Shown in pieces: positions 11,301 through 24,465 of a stretch of DNA of 64,000 bases. Under the pieces are notes generated by a model. It ran no database searches. It was not told the DNA's origin and saw nothing but the letters and a program-made list of their open reading frames with translations. The translations under genes were made by a program, and so were the position numbers. Every line of letters starts with the position of its first letter. Position 1 is the first letter of the stretch. The DNA comes from Takakia lepidozioides (taxonomy: Eukaryota; Plantae; Bryophyta), in contig CM060732.1 of assembly GCA_030704615.1 (NCBI GenBank), positions 46,500,001 through 46,564,000 on the forward strand, given 5' to 3'.

Positions 11301-14300
11301 AACTGGGTTGGCAGGTGCAAGCTGGCAATGAGAAATCACAAACATTGGAAAGAGAGATTGCCAGCTTGAAAGCCACGGCTCAGGTGCGCGTTCACCCTCT
11401 TTCAGCCCTTTACTCCTATCTCTCCCTCCCTCTCTCCATCTCCTTATGAGTAAATCTCTATCACCTTGCAATTTTTGATAGAGAATGGGTCCCTCAATTT
11501 TCCTGGGCAGTTATAAAGTTTCCTGCTTACTTTTGTTTTCCTCTAGGCTCTTGTCTCTAAGCCACACCATTCCCACTGTCCTGATCTTCTCTAGCAGAGC
11601 AATGTGACCTGGTAATTGGTATCTAGAACACGGATATTAGCTAGAGTCAGATGCATACTTGGTCTGTATTTAGCAGGTTGGTTTCATACTCTATTGTTCT
11701 ATTACCTGTGAGATCATGGGGTTGGGAAATGGAAACAGTGGAGGGAGGAGCCTTGTTTACAGTGGAATGATTGTAGCAGGTTGCAGCGCTGGAGAATGCA
11801 GAAAGACAGAGGGAAATGAATGAAACACTTCTGAAGATGAGAAAAACTGAACAAAAACTAGAGGAGAGAGAAAGGGAGCAAGGAGAAGCCCTGCAAACAG
11901 TGAAAAATGCTGAGCTCAAAGCAGAGGGGCTTGCACGGTATCATTATTTACATTCATTTTTATGGTGAAAAATTTCAGGTCTTACTTGCCATGATAAGAC
12001 ATGCTCACATGCTGCGTAAGGTAGCTGTATTGTTCTGTGTGTACAACAGTAATAACAGACTCTATGTTGGGGAAATGTTGGCTTTGGCATGAACAGATCC
12101 TTGGAGGAAGCAAAGAAAAGCTACTCAGAAGTGGCTTATGAACTTGATGAGCTCAAACCAAATGTAGTCCTCTTTGCTATTGCCCTTGTTTGCTCACAAA
12201 AAGTTATTTTCCGTTGTATCTGTGAAGAACTAGCTTAGCATGTGCTGACTGGTCTTGGCTAAGGTGTAGGAACATTGATGGATGTAATTTCACTTTGCCC
12301 AACAGATCCAAAAGCTGAAGACACAGCTTGAGAGAAAGGTTGAGTCCCTACACCAAATCAGTGTTGCGTATGAACAAGAAAAAGGCCGGCTTTTGAAGGC
12401 AAGTCACCACTGGTCCCCTGCCCCTTCTATCTCGCCCTCTTGGTGTCCCGTTGATGCAATTTCTTCGTCACCGTATTTGTGTGTTTGCACCCCTGGAGGA
12501 ATGAAAACTACTTTGTCCCAATCAGGGGGTGTGTCGGTGGCCACTAGTCTTTAGCAGAAACTTGCCTTGTCTCCCTTGTCCTTTTTACTACAGGGGGGAC
12601 TGACCCACAGTCGCATGTCACATGTGTCACTTGCGTGCTACATAGAGGGTGGCTCTCAAGAGCCAACCTTCAGCCAGAAGGATTGATGAATACATGACAT
12701 CTCTCTACCTCCTCCTTGATCCTTTTTCATGCATGCCATGCCAGATCAATGTGAAACTGCACTATTCTCTCCTTTAGGTTGTCCATGTAGAGGTACAACA
12801 ACCCTACAATAGGGTGTTGGACAATCACTAAGTCTAGGAACATAGGAAATTAGCTCAACCGCACCTGGAGGATAAATTATCTATAAATGTGTTCACCACT
12901 ACTTTCTGTTATCACAGGAAATTGCAGAGTCAAGAGGCACAGGTGATCAGGCACTGGCAGAGCTGAGGGTAACCAAGGTAAAATTCTCTTCCCTCACTTT
13001 GGATGGCTAGGAGATCCAGAGAAAGATGTAAGTTCTAGCCTTCGCTCAACTTCTAGCACCTTTGTCTAGACCTTGACATGGTTTGCAATTGGGAGTCTGT
13101 GCGGTCACCCAAGGTTCTATTACAGCATGGTCAAGGTTCTCTGGAAACTTTGACGAGCGTCAGGTTTCTTTAAGTACTTCTGCACAATCCTCTGATTTAG
13201 ATCATACAGCAACACATATACTATAGTTTTTTGTTCTGACGAGTTAGTACCCAACTTGTTACAGCACTGGACTTGAGTTTTCCCACTGGCACCAAAAACG
13301 TTACATCTTACCCATATATGTCCTGTGATGTAGGAATCAACAAGGGCTCTGCAGGAGAGCGTCGAGAGACTGTCGAAGCAGCTTGAGCGGGTACTTCTGT
13401 CCTTTGAGGCATAGCCGGTGAAGAGTTAATAAGTACTTGTAGCAAAACTTTGTACTTGAGAGCAGGGGGAGACAATGTGATAGAACAGCAATGTAAGCAC
13501 CTGATGGAAGGCAGTCCTGGAGGTTTGTTCACAGGAAAATGCAAAGGTGGATGCTTTGGACCAGGAGAAGGAAGAGCTAAAGCGATCAAATGCTTCCCTT
13601 ACCTCAGAATGCTCACAGGTTACAGCGACATCTTTTGGTTTGTGTGTTGGTGTTGGATTTAAGGAAGTGAGATGGGGTATTTTATTGGAACAAACATCAT
13701 TGCAGATTGAATGGGACTTACTAGGGGTCAATGATGCATGTGGGATGGGAATCAGATGGCAAGAGCTAGGGATGGAGCAGATGCCAGCACAGAGCTTGTG
13801 AGGAGCGAACTACAAACGGTCCGTGCATTGGTTGAGCGCGTAAGTTCCCTCATTGTGACATGGGTAAGACATGGGTTGAAGTGCTTGAATGTGGTTGGAG
13901 ACATCCTGGTCCATCGGTTTTCGAATATGAAGGCCAATATTCTCTATCTCAAGCCTTTTACACCCTCCTGGATGACCTAGTGGATGAGATGGTGAAATTC
14001 TCCCTTTCTCGCTCAGTTCACCAACTTGCAAAATCTTGAGGCTGAGCCTAAAGCCCTGACCCTCACAAAGGTTGTGTCTGTTCCCTTTTGTTCTGCCAAA
14101 GTGGGTGCGGGGTTTATGGCCACAAGACTATGGCAAACAACATCTATGAGTACATTCTCACTCAGTAGTCCCCTCATCTGTGGGCCCCAAGCACATCATC
14201 TTTAGCTGGCAAGACATTACACTCAAGATCACATTGTCTGTCTCATCCCTGAATGTTCCTTCAGAGTGAGGGGGAGGTGGCAAGGCTTAAAGAGGCCGGG

Positions 14301-15382
14301 GAGCAATCAAGGGAGCATATTGCAGCGCTGCATGCTGCTGTATCAAAGGTTTATATCACTTTCACACCTAATTCTTTCTCTGATACTGTAGTTATTCCAA
14401 TCCAGCATACTTGTGAAGTTGGAGTAGCTTGGTTATATTTGAAGTTCTAAAAATGCTTTCAAGTGTAGGATGTGTTGTTTGTGAAAAAATATAGCAATAG
14501 TACCCTTGGTTTTTGAGCCCAAAAATGTTGTAACACGTAGGAGGGATCCATGGGCCTGCCTATGGGTAAAAATCTAGAAAGAAACCTGCCTTGTAGAAAC
14601 AATGGCCCATATGGTAAACCTAGCAGGGGTAGACACTAGAGGGTTTTCAGCCCGAGGCCTACAGGGAAAGTTAGGGATTTTTTTTCAAGCACTCATTGAG
14701 TACTGGTGATGTTTGCCCTTTCTCTTTATGAAAGGGCCTTCATGTGCCAGCCTAATCCGTGTCTAGGTACCTCCTCAGTGGCAATCACTCAGTATCCTTC
14801 ATTGCCAGCAAGGTTATTTGATCCTACATGTGAGAGGTGGCTGGGTGGTTCATTGCTATGCGTGCTCTGTGATGTCATGCTTTGTGGGCTCTTACAGAAT
14901 GAAGATGACTTAAAGACGCAGCACGAAGACAATGAGCGACTGAGGTCAGTGACCCAAACTTAACACTGAAGATAGATGTCAAACATTCAGATTTTGATTG
15001 TGTTGCATGTGGTGAGACGGTGTGCTAGCTACAATGGTCTTACAGCCTTCAATCGTTACAAATAGCAAACTGGCAACCAAAAATCATGAGCAGATCTATC
15101 TAACTTTCCGTGTTGCTCAAGCTCAGCAGACTGTAGTATACCAGGGGTTCAGAAAGGCTGGGTTTAATATCACACCAAACAAAGTGAGCTTATTTCAGCA
15201 CTGCTACTGAAGTCCTATCTCTCTGTGGCCAAAGAGATGGCCAAGTGCTAATTACCTTAGACAATCTGTGGGTGTTCAGGGCAATGGTGCGGGAAATAGA
15301 GGAGTTTGAGAAGACCCAGGCACGCATGTTGCTGGGCCATGTGGAAAAGCTTTGCTGCGCACGCCAATTTTACCCATGCTAG
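5329..15382 (+). CDS. Multi-exon Kelch-repeat beta-propeller protein with long C-terminal coiled coil
   Basis: Exons joined by eye at GT-AG sites: 5329-5368, 5801-6081, 6290-6446, about 6768-6912, 7226-7388, 7898-8095, 8274-8325, then further exons to 15280-15382 (TAG). Kelch motifs RAGHTATLVGNRIFVLGG, PRAYHTVTLV, ARGYHTLSTFG..LFGG, PRSNHGAVLLG..IYGG, GRSAHSLV..LFGGYG. Glu/Lys/Gln-rich heptad exons at about 9.1-15.3 kb. Confidence 0.85.
7461..7790 (-). mobile_element. 5'-truncated RTE-like LINE 3' UTR copy in a Kelch-gene intron
   Basis: Colinear with 57650-58040: tgtactcataagacgttgtttgcc...ccagatatcctctaga...tgcccacacaacgggca. Confidence 0.85.
14020..14156 (+). mobile_element. Diverged LINE 3'-end copy in an intron
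   Basis: atggccacaagactatggcaaacaacatctatgagtaca, plus upstream gaggctgagcc block of the same family. Confidence 0.75.
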
Positions 15383-15445
15383 CAGTAGAATTTATAAGCT
15401 GTGTTTTATGGTTTCATTGTGAAAGGTTAGTACTCTATTGGTAAT

Positions 15446-15491
15446 GGTCAATGGCCACAAGGCTACGGCAAACAACGTCTTATGAGTACAT
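15446..15491 (+). mobile_element. 46-bp LINE 3'-end insertion with 12-bp TSD, downstream of the Kelch stop codon
   Basis: TSD tctattggtaat at 15434-15445 and 15492-15503 around ggtcaatggccacaaggctacggcaaacaacgtcttatgagtacat. Confidence 0.9.
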
Positions 15492-16684
15492 TCTATTGGT
15501 AATATATTGCTGCAGCTTGATCTCATTTAGTTATGGTTGTCCTCAATCACAAGATATTATTTGTTTTATTTGTTATTTTCTTAAAGACAGGGGGAGTGAT
15601 GCCCTTTTTTCTTTTTCTTTTTTTTCTTTCTTTTATTTGAAACCAAGAGGCACCAGACCTTGAGAGTTGTCTTGCAATGGTTGAATCTGAAGAATGTTTT
15701 GTGGAATCTGGTCAGGGGGGATATCCCAGCCTCCTGGCTTCCGCTCCTTCATTGCTGCCCTTTAAATCAAATTAAAATCATGGGAAAAATAACCATGACA
15801 GGAGGCATTGACAGGCTTACATCTTGTCGATTGGGTAACACCCAAACCAGCCACCGGGGCCAATCTTTGCCCTAGACAGCGGGTTCACTGATCCTCATCA
15901 GCAAGCTAAAATCTGGTCATACTGTAATTTATCAATGGCATACTGAGAGAAGCATGTCTGCGGCCGGAAGGGGTAGCAGGATCAGTGAAAAATCCAGAGC
16001 CTAAAAACAGCTGGGATACTTATGGGGCTCTTCACCTTCCTAGACCTGAGAATAAGAAGAACACAGGGATTTCATACTACACACTACATGCAAGAGATAG
16101 CAACTGAAATACTAACAGTAGAGCTGAAAAAATATTCAGTAGGTTGAGAGAAAGCAATGGCTAGCAAGAACCAAGATAGATCTGAATGCTAGCCGCCTTG
16201 AAGGAAATCACACTGATGAGATCCAAAGTTCAAATTCAATCTTTGAATCCTAATGTACCGCCAAATGATGTGCACCTCCTCCCTTCTTGTTTTGAGTTTG
16301 TTATTGTCCTCTGTTGTAGCATGAGACTGTAGTACTGCAGAGTTCCTTGCAGATAGAGAATTTGAGTTTTTGAGATAGAACAAGTATGTTCTCATACATT
16401 CTATAAAGTGGACAATTGTTACGTCAAATACGCCATCACAATTTTGACACTTATGGTACGCCAGGAACCCATTCTGTCCGCCCCCCGTGCTACAGTATTT
16501 GTCAGCTGACCATCCAGAGTCCCCACCCAAAAAGTATAATATCGTCCATCGTATACGATACAGTACGTATACATTGTTGTCATGAAATATGTATAAGCTG
16601 GTACAATATGTATATACTGGTATGAAACGTATATACTGTTACAATGCATATACACTGATACAATCCGTATATAATGTTTTCATA

Positions 16685-16795
16685 AAATCCCTAAATCCCT
16701 AAATCCCTAATCATCACAAACCCTAATCAATAATCCCTAATCCCAAATCACAAAATGCAATCCCTAGGAAACCCACGCCCTCCAAATCCCTAAAA
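16685..16795. repeat. Degenerate telomere-like (CCCTAA) cluster, probably subterminal sequence of a DNA-transposon relic
   Basis: Repeated atccctaa/accctaa words inside a non-genic repeat-like block. Confidence 0.5.
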
Positions 16796-17529
16796 ATCAC
16801 CGATGAAAATAAACATCATCCGTTTTCCGTTCGTCTCGAACTGCGCGAAGGGTATACGAAAGGATATCAACACTGAGATCGGCGGGTACCGTTGTGATAC
16901 GGTCCTCAACCCTGCGGTTACAATGATATCACAGCTGGATACACGACGCAGCTGACCAGCAAGGTATCGATCCGGGCATCATCGCAGGGCATCGATATCG
17001 ACTCGTAGGCGCGGAGCAGGGTACAATAATGCGGTCAGTCACAATCAAAAACGACCTCTAGGCCGCAGAAAGAAAGGAGGTAAGAGGTTCTCCAGGAATT
17101 GAACCCCGGACCCCACGCACTAAGCACGACGTGCCAGACTCCAGATCAGTGTTTTTCTTTCTGGCGAAAAATCGCCAAATTTCGACCTGGAAACTGCGTC
17201 AGCTACTTGTACAAAGGAATTATGGGGGGTAAAATCAGACTTTTTCGCCAAAAAGCAGCAGCAGATAAATTTCAGGGGCTTAATCTTGCCGACGTGGACC
17301 GGTCAAAACGTGACACCTGGAATATAGCCACTTTTCTAACTATGCTACCTCGATATTCTCGCCACATGGGCACATGGTAGAATTCACAGGTGGCCCCGCC
17401 AGCGATTTTAGAAATATGAAATAAAAAACAGATGGCGCCTTGGTCGCCCGAAGCTATTCAAAACCCTGTCATAAGCTGAGCCTGCCCAGTTGGACATGGA
17501 TATTGCTTCATACCAGGTAAGTCTTCAAG

Positions 17530-18210
17530 GCCTCTAATTTTTGAATAATTGGGAGTTTAAGGCTCACATGTACGCTAGGCAGCGCCCCCACCACCACCCG
17601 GGTCGGGGTCTGCTCTCAGGTTGGGTCTCTCAGGGTTTGCTGGCAGGTCGGGTCTCCTCACTGCTGGCAGATCGGGTCGGGTCTGCTTGCGGGTCTTGGG
17701 TCCAACAGAATGGTCTGCTCGGTGCGCCGCAGCCCGCCCTCGGGACTTAGAATTTTTTGGGGGAAAACTCGCCCATCAAAAAAAGGGTCATTAATACACG
17801 TGCAACGCCAGCCGGAACCATCATTAATGCACATTTGGCGCAGCCAGAGTTGAACCCACAACCTCGTATATACCACTCAATGCGCCCAACCACCACACTA
17901 CCCCCTGCTACTCCCAACATTTTTTTTTATCTCTTAACGTAGAAAAACAGCCGCAGTCAGCCCAATGTCGCCTAGGGTCAAGGCTTGCGGACCCTACCTC
18001 GCCGCAGACCATATCTGGTGGCAGACCCATCCTCGCGGAAGACCCATCCCGAGCCGAGTCTCACGGCAAACCATACCTGGCGGCAGACCCAACCGGGCCG
18101 GGTCGGGGGTCGCGGCGGGGCTACCCAGGGGCGCCCGACGTCCGTGCATGGGGCCCGCTACCTGGCGCACACGTGAGCCTTAAACTCCCAATTATTCAAC
18201 AATGAGAAGC
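17530..18210. mobile_element. Non-autonomous Mutator-like element (MITE)
   Basis: About 55-bp imperfect TIRs (gcctctaatttttgaataattgggagtttaaggctcac.../...gtgagccttaaactcccaattattcaacaatgagaagc) and a perfect 9-bp TSD gtcttcaag at 17521-17529 and 18211-18219. Confidence 0.88.
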
Positions 18211-18339
18211 GTCTTCAAGTTCCTATACAGAATTTTTGCCGATACACAAATTTTTTTTCCCTAATAAACTCCCCGATCCTCCCCGATGCACTCATTACGT
18301 ACTAGAGAACGGGCACGAGGTGCCGGTTATGGCGGTTAC

Positions 18340-18520
18340 GCTCCCTGGCGTACAGAGCAGGTTGTGGAGTATTCTTTCCGCCACCTAGCTAGATCTTACA
18401 GGGCTCGCCGTTATGACTCACTGGGAGCCATAACCGGCACCTCGTGCCCGCTCCATGGCGTAAAGAGCAGGTTGTGGAATATTCTTTCCGCCACCAGGCT
18501 AGATCTTATAGGGGCTCATA
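18340..18520. repeat. Two-copy direct repeat (about 110-bp period)
   Basis: gagcaggttgtgga.tattctttccgccacc..gctagatctta at about 18355 and 18465. Confidence 0.75.
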
Positions 18521-18887
18521 CATAATCCGCCATCCCAGCCGATTCCGCATGCTGAATCGGCAGTACAGCCTGGGTGGCCTATTCGGCCTGATAATTAGTC
18601 CAAAAAAACGGCAGAATACTCCACACCTGATTTTTACGTAGTGATATATTTTCAAATTTGGCTCGATAGGTGGGCTCGATTGGGAGGCAGTACCGTTCTC
18701 GGCAGGCTGATCCGGCAGTGAAGTGCCGAATATTTATTTTCTGTACAACAAAATACTCCGGCACAACTTAAGGAAATTTTACGGCAATGCCACGAAGAGA
18801 TTTTAAGTAATTCGGCGGTGACTCCCTACATGAACTTGCTCTATCTACTGTACCAGATGTGGGAAAAGAATTATGTACCAACAGTCA

Positions 18888-19080
18888 GTAGCTCAGATGG
18901 TTAAGTGCACTGTATGTCACCCAGTGATTCTGGGGTCAAATCTTGCTACTGATGGGTGTGGTATGGTTCTTGGGCGGTGTCCCACTCATTCGCCTCCATG
19001 GCGCATAAATGAAAGAGGTTATTTTCTCCTCTCACTACTAAGGGGCCTGATTTGTGAGCTATCGATGTTTCTTTTTTTTT
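18888..19080 (+). mobile_element. tRNA-derived SINE
   Basis: Pol III A box (tagctcagatgg) and B-box-like gggtcaaatc, non-tRNA body, T-rich tail; related copies at 31.3-32.2 kb. Confidence 0.75.
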
Positions 19081-19132
19081 CAAAAAAAAAAAAACAAACA
19101 AAAAAACCAATTATGTGGGTTGCTAAGAGCCA

Positions 19133-19762
19133 TGTCACGGACATAGCCCAGAGGAACTTACCAGGAGTAAATACCAGAAGTTATCAAGTTACCATGTTAC
19201 CGGAAGTTACCATGACTTACCATGATTTACCATGATCTATCATGATTTACCATTACTTACCAAGTTACCACGAATTTATCAAATTACCAAGAGTAACTTG
19301 GGAAACTGCTCAAGAAGCTTCATTTGGAGGAAACTTCTCCATCAAGATACCTCTTTTGTTTAAGGAAGCTTCTCCATCAAGAAACCTTTGTTTAATCTTG
19401 GAAACTTCTCCAGCAAGAAACTTATTATGGAAGCTTCTTATGGAAGCTTCTTAGTAGCCAGTATATATAGGAGGCGAGACTGGACACTCTTTAGTCTCAC
19501 CAACACCAGTTCAAGCTACTCTTGTTTCCAGTTTCCAGTACTCCAGTCCAGTTCCCAGTATCTGGTAGTCTAGTCCAGTTTCCAGCATTCCAGTATTCAA
19601 GTCGTGTTCCAATATTTTGTACTCTTGTTCATTGTTATAAAGATCGTCTTGATTCTTATTTACTCATCGTGCATTCGGCCACGCCGACCTTGACTTCTTG
19701 TCTAGTCTTGTACCTCTAGTCTGATCTCTTGTTTGTGTTCAGTCATGTTCTCGTCCGTGACA
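19133..19762 (+). repeat. 5' LTR
   Basis: Direct repeat of 24923-25535, with TATA (tatatatag, about 19462) and ttacca microrepeats in U3. Confidence 0.93.
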
Positions 19763-19930
19763 GTTTGGCGAGACTAAAGTTTGTTCCTTAGTTAGTTAAG
19801 ATGAAAGGCACATTTGCGGAAATGGTCGCCACATTGCACAGTCTTTCAGCTCCAGATGCAAAAACTTCGTACCTCTACCGCCCAATTGCAAGCTGATTAG
19901 TCTCAAGATCTTGGCAACGCTCTCCACAAT

Positions 19931-22900
19931 TTGCAACAACAAATTTCAGAGTTAAAGGAGTCGAACAATGGATCTTCAACCATACGAGTCCCTACTGCAA
20001 CAGCTCTTACTGCAACGGTTCATCTTCAACAGATTACGAGAGAACCAAATATCAGCATTCCCGAGAAATTTGATGGGACGAGATCAAGACTTCGCGGTTT
20101 TGTTCAACAAGTACGACTGTTCCTACAACTACATCCACAACGCTACCCCGATGAAGGTATTCAAGTGGGATTCGTGGGTACCCTTCTATCAGGCACTGCC
20201 CTATCTTGGTTTGCACCGCTATTAGAAAAAATAAAAAATAAATAAAAAAATAAAAAAATCGCGTTTACTATTTAATTTTGAAGCATTCATGTTCAAGTTC
20301 ACTGCAACGTTTGGAGAGAATGATAGAGAGAGAGTTGCAGAGACAAAGATGCGAAATCTTCGACAAGGAGCACGTCCAGCTTCCGTTTATGCTGCCGAAT
20401 TTCGACAACTTGCGTGCGACCTCGACTGGAATGAGAAGAGCCTCATTAGTCAGTTTCGATATGGCCTAAAAGAGGATGTTAAAGATTTGTTGCTGACAAT
20501 GCCAAACGTTAGTACACTGAGCAAATTCATCACCCAAGTCATTGCATGCGATAATCGTTTGTTCGAAAGACGTCAAGAGAAACGATCTGGATGGTTGACG
20601 ACGCACCATGCCGCTGCTACTACGGCACCAAATACAACAATCCATCAGACATCCGGTAATGATCGTATGCAGATTGATGCTGTCCGATTCAAGCCATTGA
20701 CGCCACAGGAAAACCAAAGACGACGTTCGAATGGATTATGCCTTTATTGCGGAGAAGATGATCATATGGCATTAAACTGCCCCAACAAGAGAAGATTCAA
20801 AGCTCGAGGCACCACTCAAGTGTTCGATATGAGGAGGTTGGAAAACGAAGATGTCCAGTCACAGTAGAGACCATGCGGCTGGACACCCCAAATTCCTCAC
20901 CAAAAAAATGTCTCTTTCTACCTCCAGACCACGTATCTTGTTTCACAGTTCCAGTAAAGATCAGGATGCAAAATTGAGATATCTCCGTAGAAGCACTTCG
21001 GGCGCTTCAGCGTGTTTTATTGACAGAGACTTTGTGAAGCAACACAATTTAACGCTCGTAATAAAAAAATTCTCGGACCCTGTTGAAGTCATCGATGGAC
21101 GACCGTTAGCATCAGGAAATATACTCAACCCCTTGAAGTGAAGCTTAAAAAATCAAGCATCACAAATTGTTTTTAATGTCATCCAGTCTCCAACAAATCC
21201 TGTGATCTTTGGACTTCCCTGGTTTGTACTTCATAATCCTGACATCGACTGGCGATCATAAAGAATTTCGGCAAGTCAAAAATGCAAAAGTACCAAAAGT
21301 ATCCAACCCTTATTTCTTGGATCTAGAGCCTTCATGAGAGCTACGAAGAAAGACGCGACATTTGCATTTTATGCGACTCCGATCAAAACCACAACAGACC
21401 AAGGTACTTCGACATTACCCACTCAATATCAAGATTTCATGGATGTCTTCGAGAAGAAAAATGCATACATGTTGCCATAACATCGACCTTATGATTGTGC
21501 AATTGAGTTGCAAGAAGGAGCTCAACCACCATTCGACCCGATCTACAATTTATCTCAGATGGAGCTCGCTGCTTTACGCGAATACATTGATGAAAATTTG
21601 TCAAAGAATTTCATTCGACATTCGAAATCACCCGCGGGAGCACCTATCTTATTTGTGAAGAAGAAAGACGGATCGTTACGCATGTGTGTGGACTATCGTG
21701 GGCTCAACAAAGTCACTATAAAAAATCGTTACCCACTACCGCTGATTTCCGAACTCCTCGAACATTGGACGAGCAAATTTTTTCACAAAAATCGACTTGA
21801 GATGAGCTTACAACCTTGTACGAATAAAAGAATGAGACGAATGAAAGACTGCTTTCGCACAAGGTACGGACATTTCGAATAAAGTGTTATGCCTTTCGGT
21901 CTTATAAATGCTCCATGCTTCAACACATGATGAATGACATCTTTCAAGAATTTTTAGATGACTTTGTAGTCATCTATTTGGACGACATTTTGATATTTTC
22001 ACATAATGAAGAAGAATATGGTCGTCATGTACGCCTTGTCCTTGATAAATTGAGGAAAAAATGACTATATGCCAAGTTGGAAAAATGTCTTTTCCACCCA
22101 TCTGAAGTCGAATTTTTGGGCTACATTATTTCCGACAAATGAGTCTTTATGGATCAGAAGAAATACAAACCATCATCAAGTGGTTTAAACCAACTTCGGT
22201 CCGAGATGTACAATGTTTTCTAGGATTTGCAAATTTTTATAGAATCTTCATCAAAGACTACTCCAAAATTGCTGCACCATTGACACAACTCACAGGGAAG
22301 GACAAATTTGTATGGGACGTGAAGGCTGACCAAGCATTCAAAAAGCTGAAGCAAACATTTACAATGGCTCCAATACTGGTACATGCAGACCCATCTAAAC
22401 CATTCTTTTTGGAAGCAGATGCATTGGACTTTGCACTTGGCATAGTATTCTCTCAATATGGTATAGATGGCCGACTTCACCCTGTTGGTTTTCGTTCTCG
22501 CAAATTTTCCGCTGCGGAGATCAATTATGAAATCCATGACAAAGAATTTCTAGCGATTATCGATGGTTTTGAGGAGTGACGTCATCTATTGGAGGGAGCT
22601 AAACATCAGGTCACAGTCTATACCGATCACAAAAACCTCGAGTATTTTATGAGTGCTCGTGTTTTGAATCGACGTCAAGCGCGATGGAGTATGTCACTAG
22701 CAAGGTTTGATTTTGTTATTATCTACCGTCCTGGACATCTGCAAGGTAAACCAGATGCTCTTTCTCGACGATCGTATCTTGCGCCAAAAGAATGGGATGC
22801 AGCTTTTGACCAACAGAAATCCATCATCTTGAAACCAGCAAATCTCCAATTGAATATGCTATCTATGTCCACCTATGACGATGTAGATATTATAAAGGAG

Positions 22901-24300
22901 ATTCAAGAAGCACTGAAGAGCGACAAATTTGCTACGACACTACAAAATCAACTAAATCGACCTTGAGACAACCCACATGTTACAAACAACTTCGAATTCA
23001 AAGATGGCTTACTTTATTTCAATGGACTTCTTTATGTACCTCTAGGACCTAAACGACTTCGAATTCTTCAAACATGTCATGATCTTCTGGCTGTAGGACA
23101 TTTCGGCTTCAACAAAACAATGGAATTGATATCCAGGGACTACTGGTGGCCCAGATGTGGAAACTCGTGAAAGAATATATAAAATCTTGCGACACGTGTG
23201 CTAGAGCGAAGGGACCACGACATCGACCTTACGGCCTTCTTCAACCATTACCCATTCCCAAGGGTCCATGGTCGTCAGTATCTATGGACTTTATTACGGA
23301 CCTTCCAATTTCCAAGACCACCGATTCAATCATTGTTATTGTAGATTATTTTACGAATATGACACATTTCATTCCATGTAATAAGACGGTTACCGGCGAA
23401 GAAACTGCAAGACTCTTCCTCAATAATATGTACCGCATTCATGGACTCCCGAAGGACATCGTATCTGATCGAGGACCATAGTTCATATCAAATTTTTGGA
23501 GGGGATTATTTCACATATTAGATACTAAGATCAACCTCTCTACAGCTAATCATCCACAGACTGATGGTCAAACCGAACGTGTAAACCAGATTTTGGAGCA
23601 GTATCTTCGTTGTACGATAAATTATCACCAAGATAATTGGACGGACCTTCTGTCATTGGCTGAGTTTGCCTACAACAACACTATACATTCTTCGACCAAA
23701 CAAACTCCATTTTTCTCCAATTATGGTCATCGTCCTCGAACAAACCATTTCCACATGAAGACTGTTGGAAGCTCTGCTGTAGAAAACCTTGCTACTCATC
23801 TCGCTACGATTCACAAGGAGCTTACATTCCACCTCGCAGAAGCTCAAAAATAATACAAAGAGTATGTAAATCAACGTCGCCAACTCCAACCTCAGTTCAA
23901 GGTCGGAGATCGTGTGTGGCTTCTTCGACGGGACATACAAACCTCGCGACCATCAAGGAAATTGGATTATCAACGTCTGGCACCATTCAAAATTATTCGA
24001 CAAATAAATCCGGTCAGTTTTCGGCTTGAACTCCCACGAAGTATGCGTATTATTAGAGTTGTATCATCTATCGAATATTCCAGGGAGAGTCTCCATACCA
24101 CCTCCACCAATCGAAGTCAATCAGGAAATTGAATATGAAGTTAACGAAGTCCTAGACTCTTGCATCAAGTATAAACGTCTTGAGTATTTCGTACATTGGA
24201 AAAATTACGACATCAGCGAACGAATGTGAGAACCTTCATCCAACCTCGCCAATGCATCTGACGAAGTCCAAGAGTTTCATCAACGATATCCAGCTAAATC
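19931..24300 (+). pseudogene. Disrupted gag-pol of the chromovirus
   Basis: Fragments 19931-20245, 20289-20867, 21508-21882, 22139-22966, 23146-23853 and 24026-24229 carry consecutive gag/RT/RH/INT/CHD motifs in shifting frames. Confidence 0.92.
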
Positions 24301-24465
24301 CCGAGCTACACATCAATAAGACGTCACAACGATGATGTCAGCCAAGTTAGCTTCAAGGTGAAGACTTTACATTCAATGTACCTGATACACGCTAAGGAGG
24401 GAAGAGCATCACACATCATTATATATAGCTACACTTCCAACACTCTTGCATCTTGTATTGGCAGT

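Noticed and set aside
15446-15491. Hammerhead ribozyme in the LINE terminus
   Set aside because: cttatga and caaac only resemble CUGAUGA and GAAA; core and stems do not fit.
16685-16795. True interstitial telomere
   Set aside because: Units are irregular (mostly atccctaa) and few, not a (CCCTAAA)n tract.
18888-18960. tRNA gene
   Set aside because: A and B boxes are present but no convincing cloverleaf; continues into a shared SINE body.
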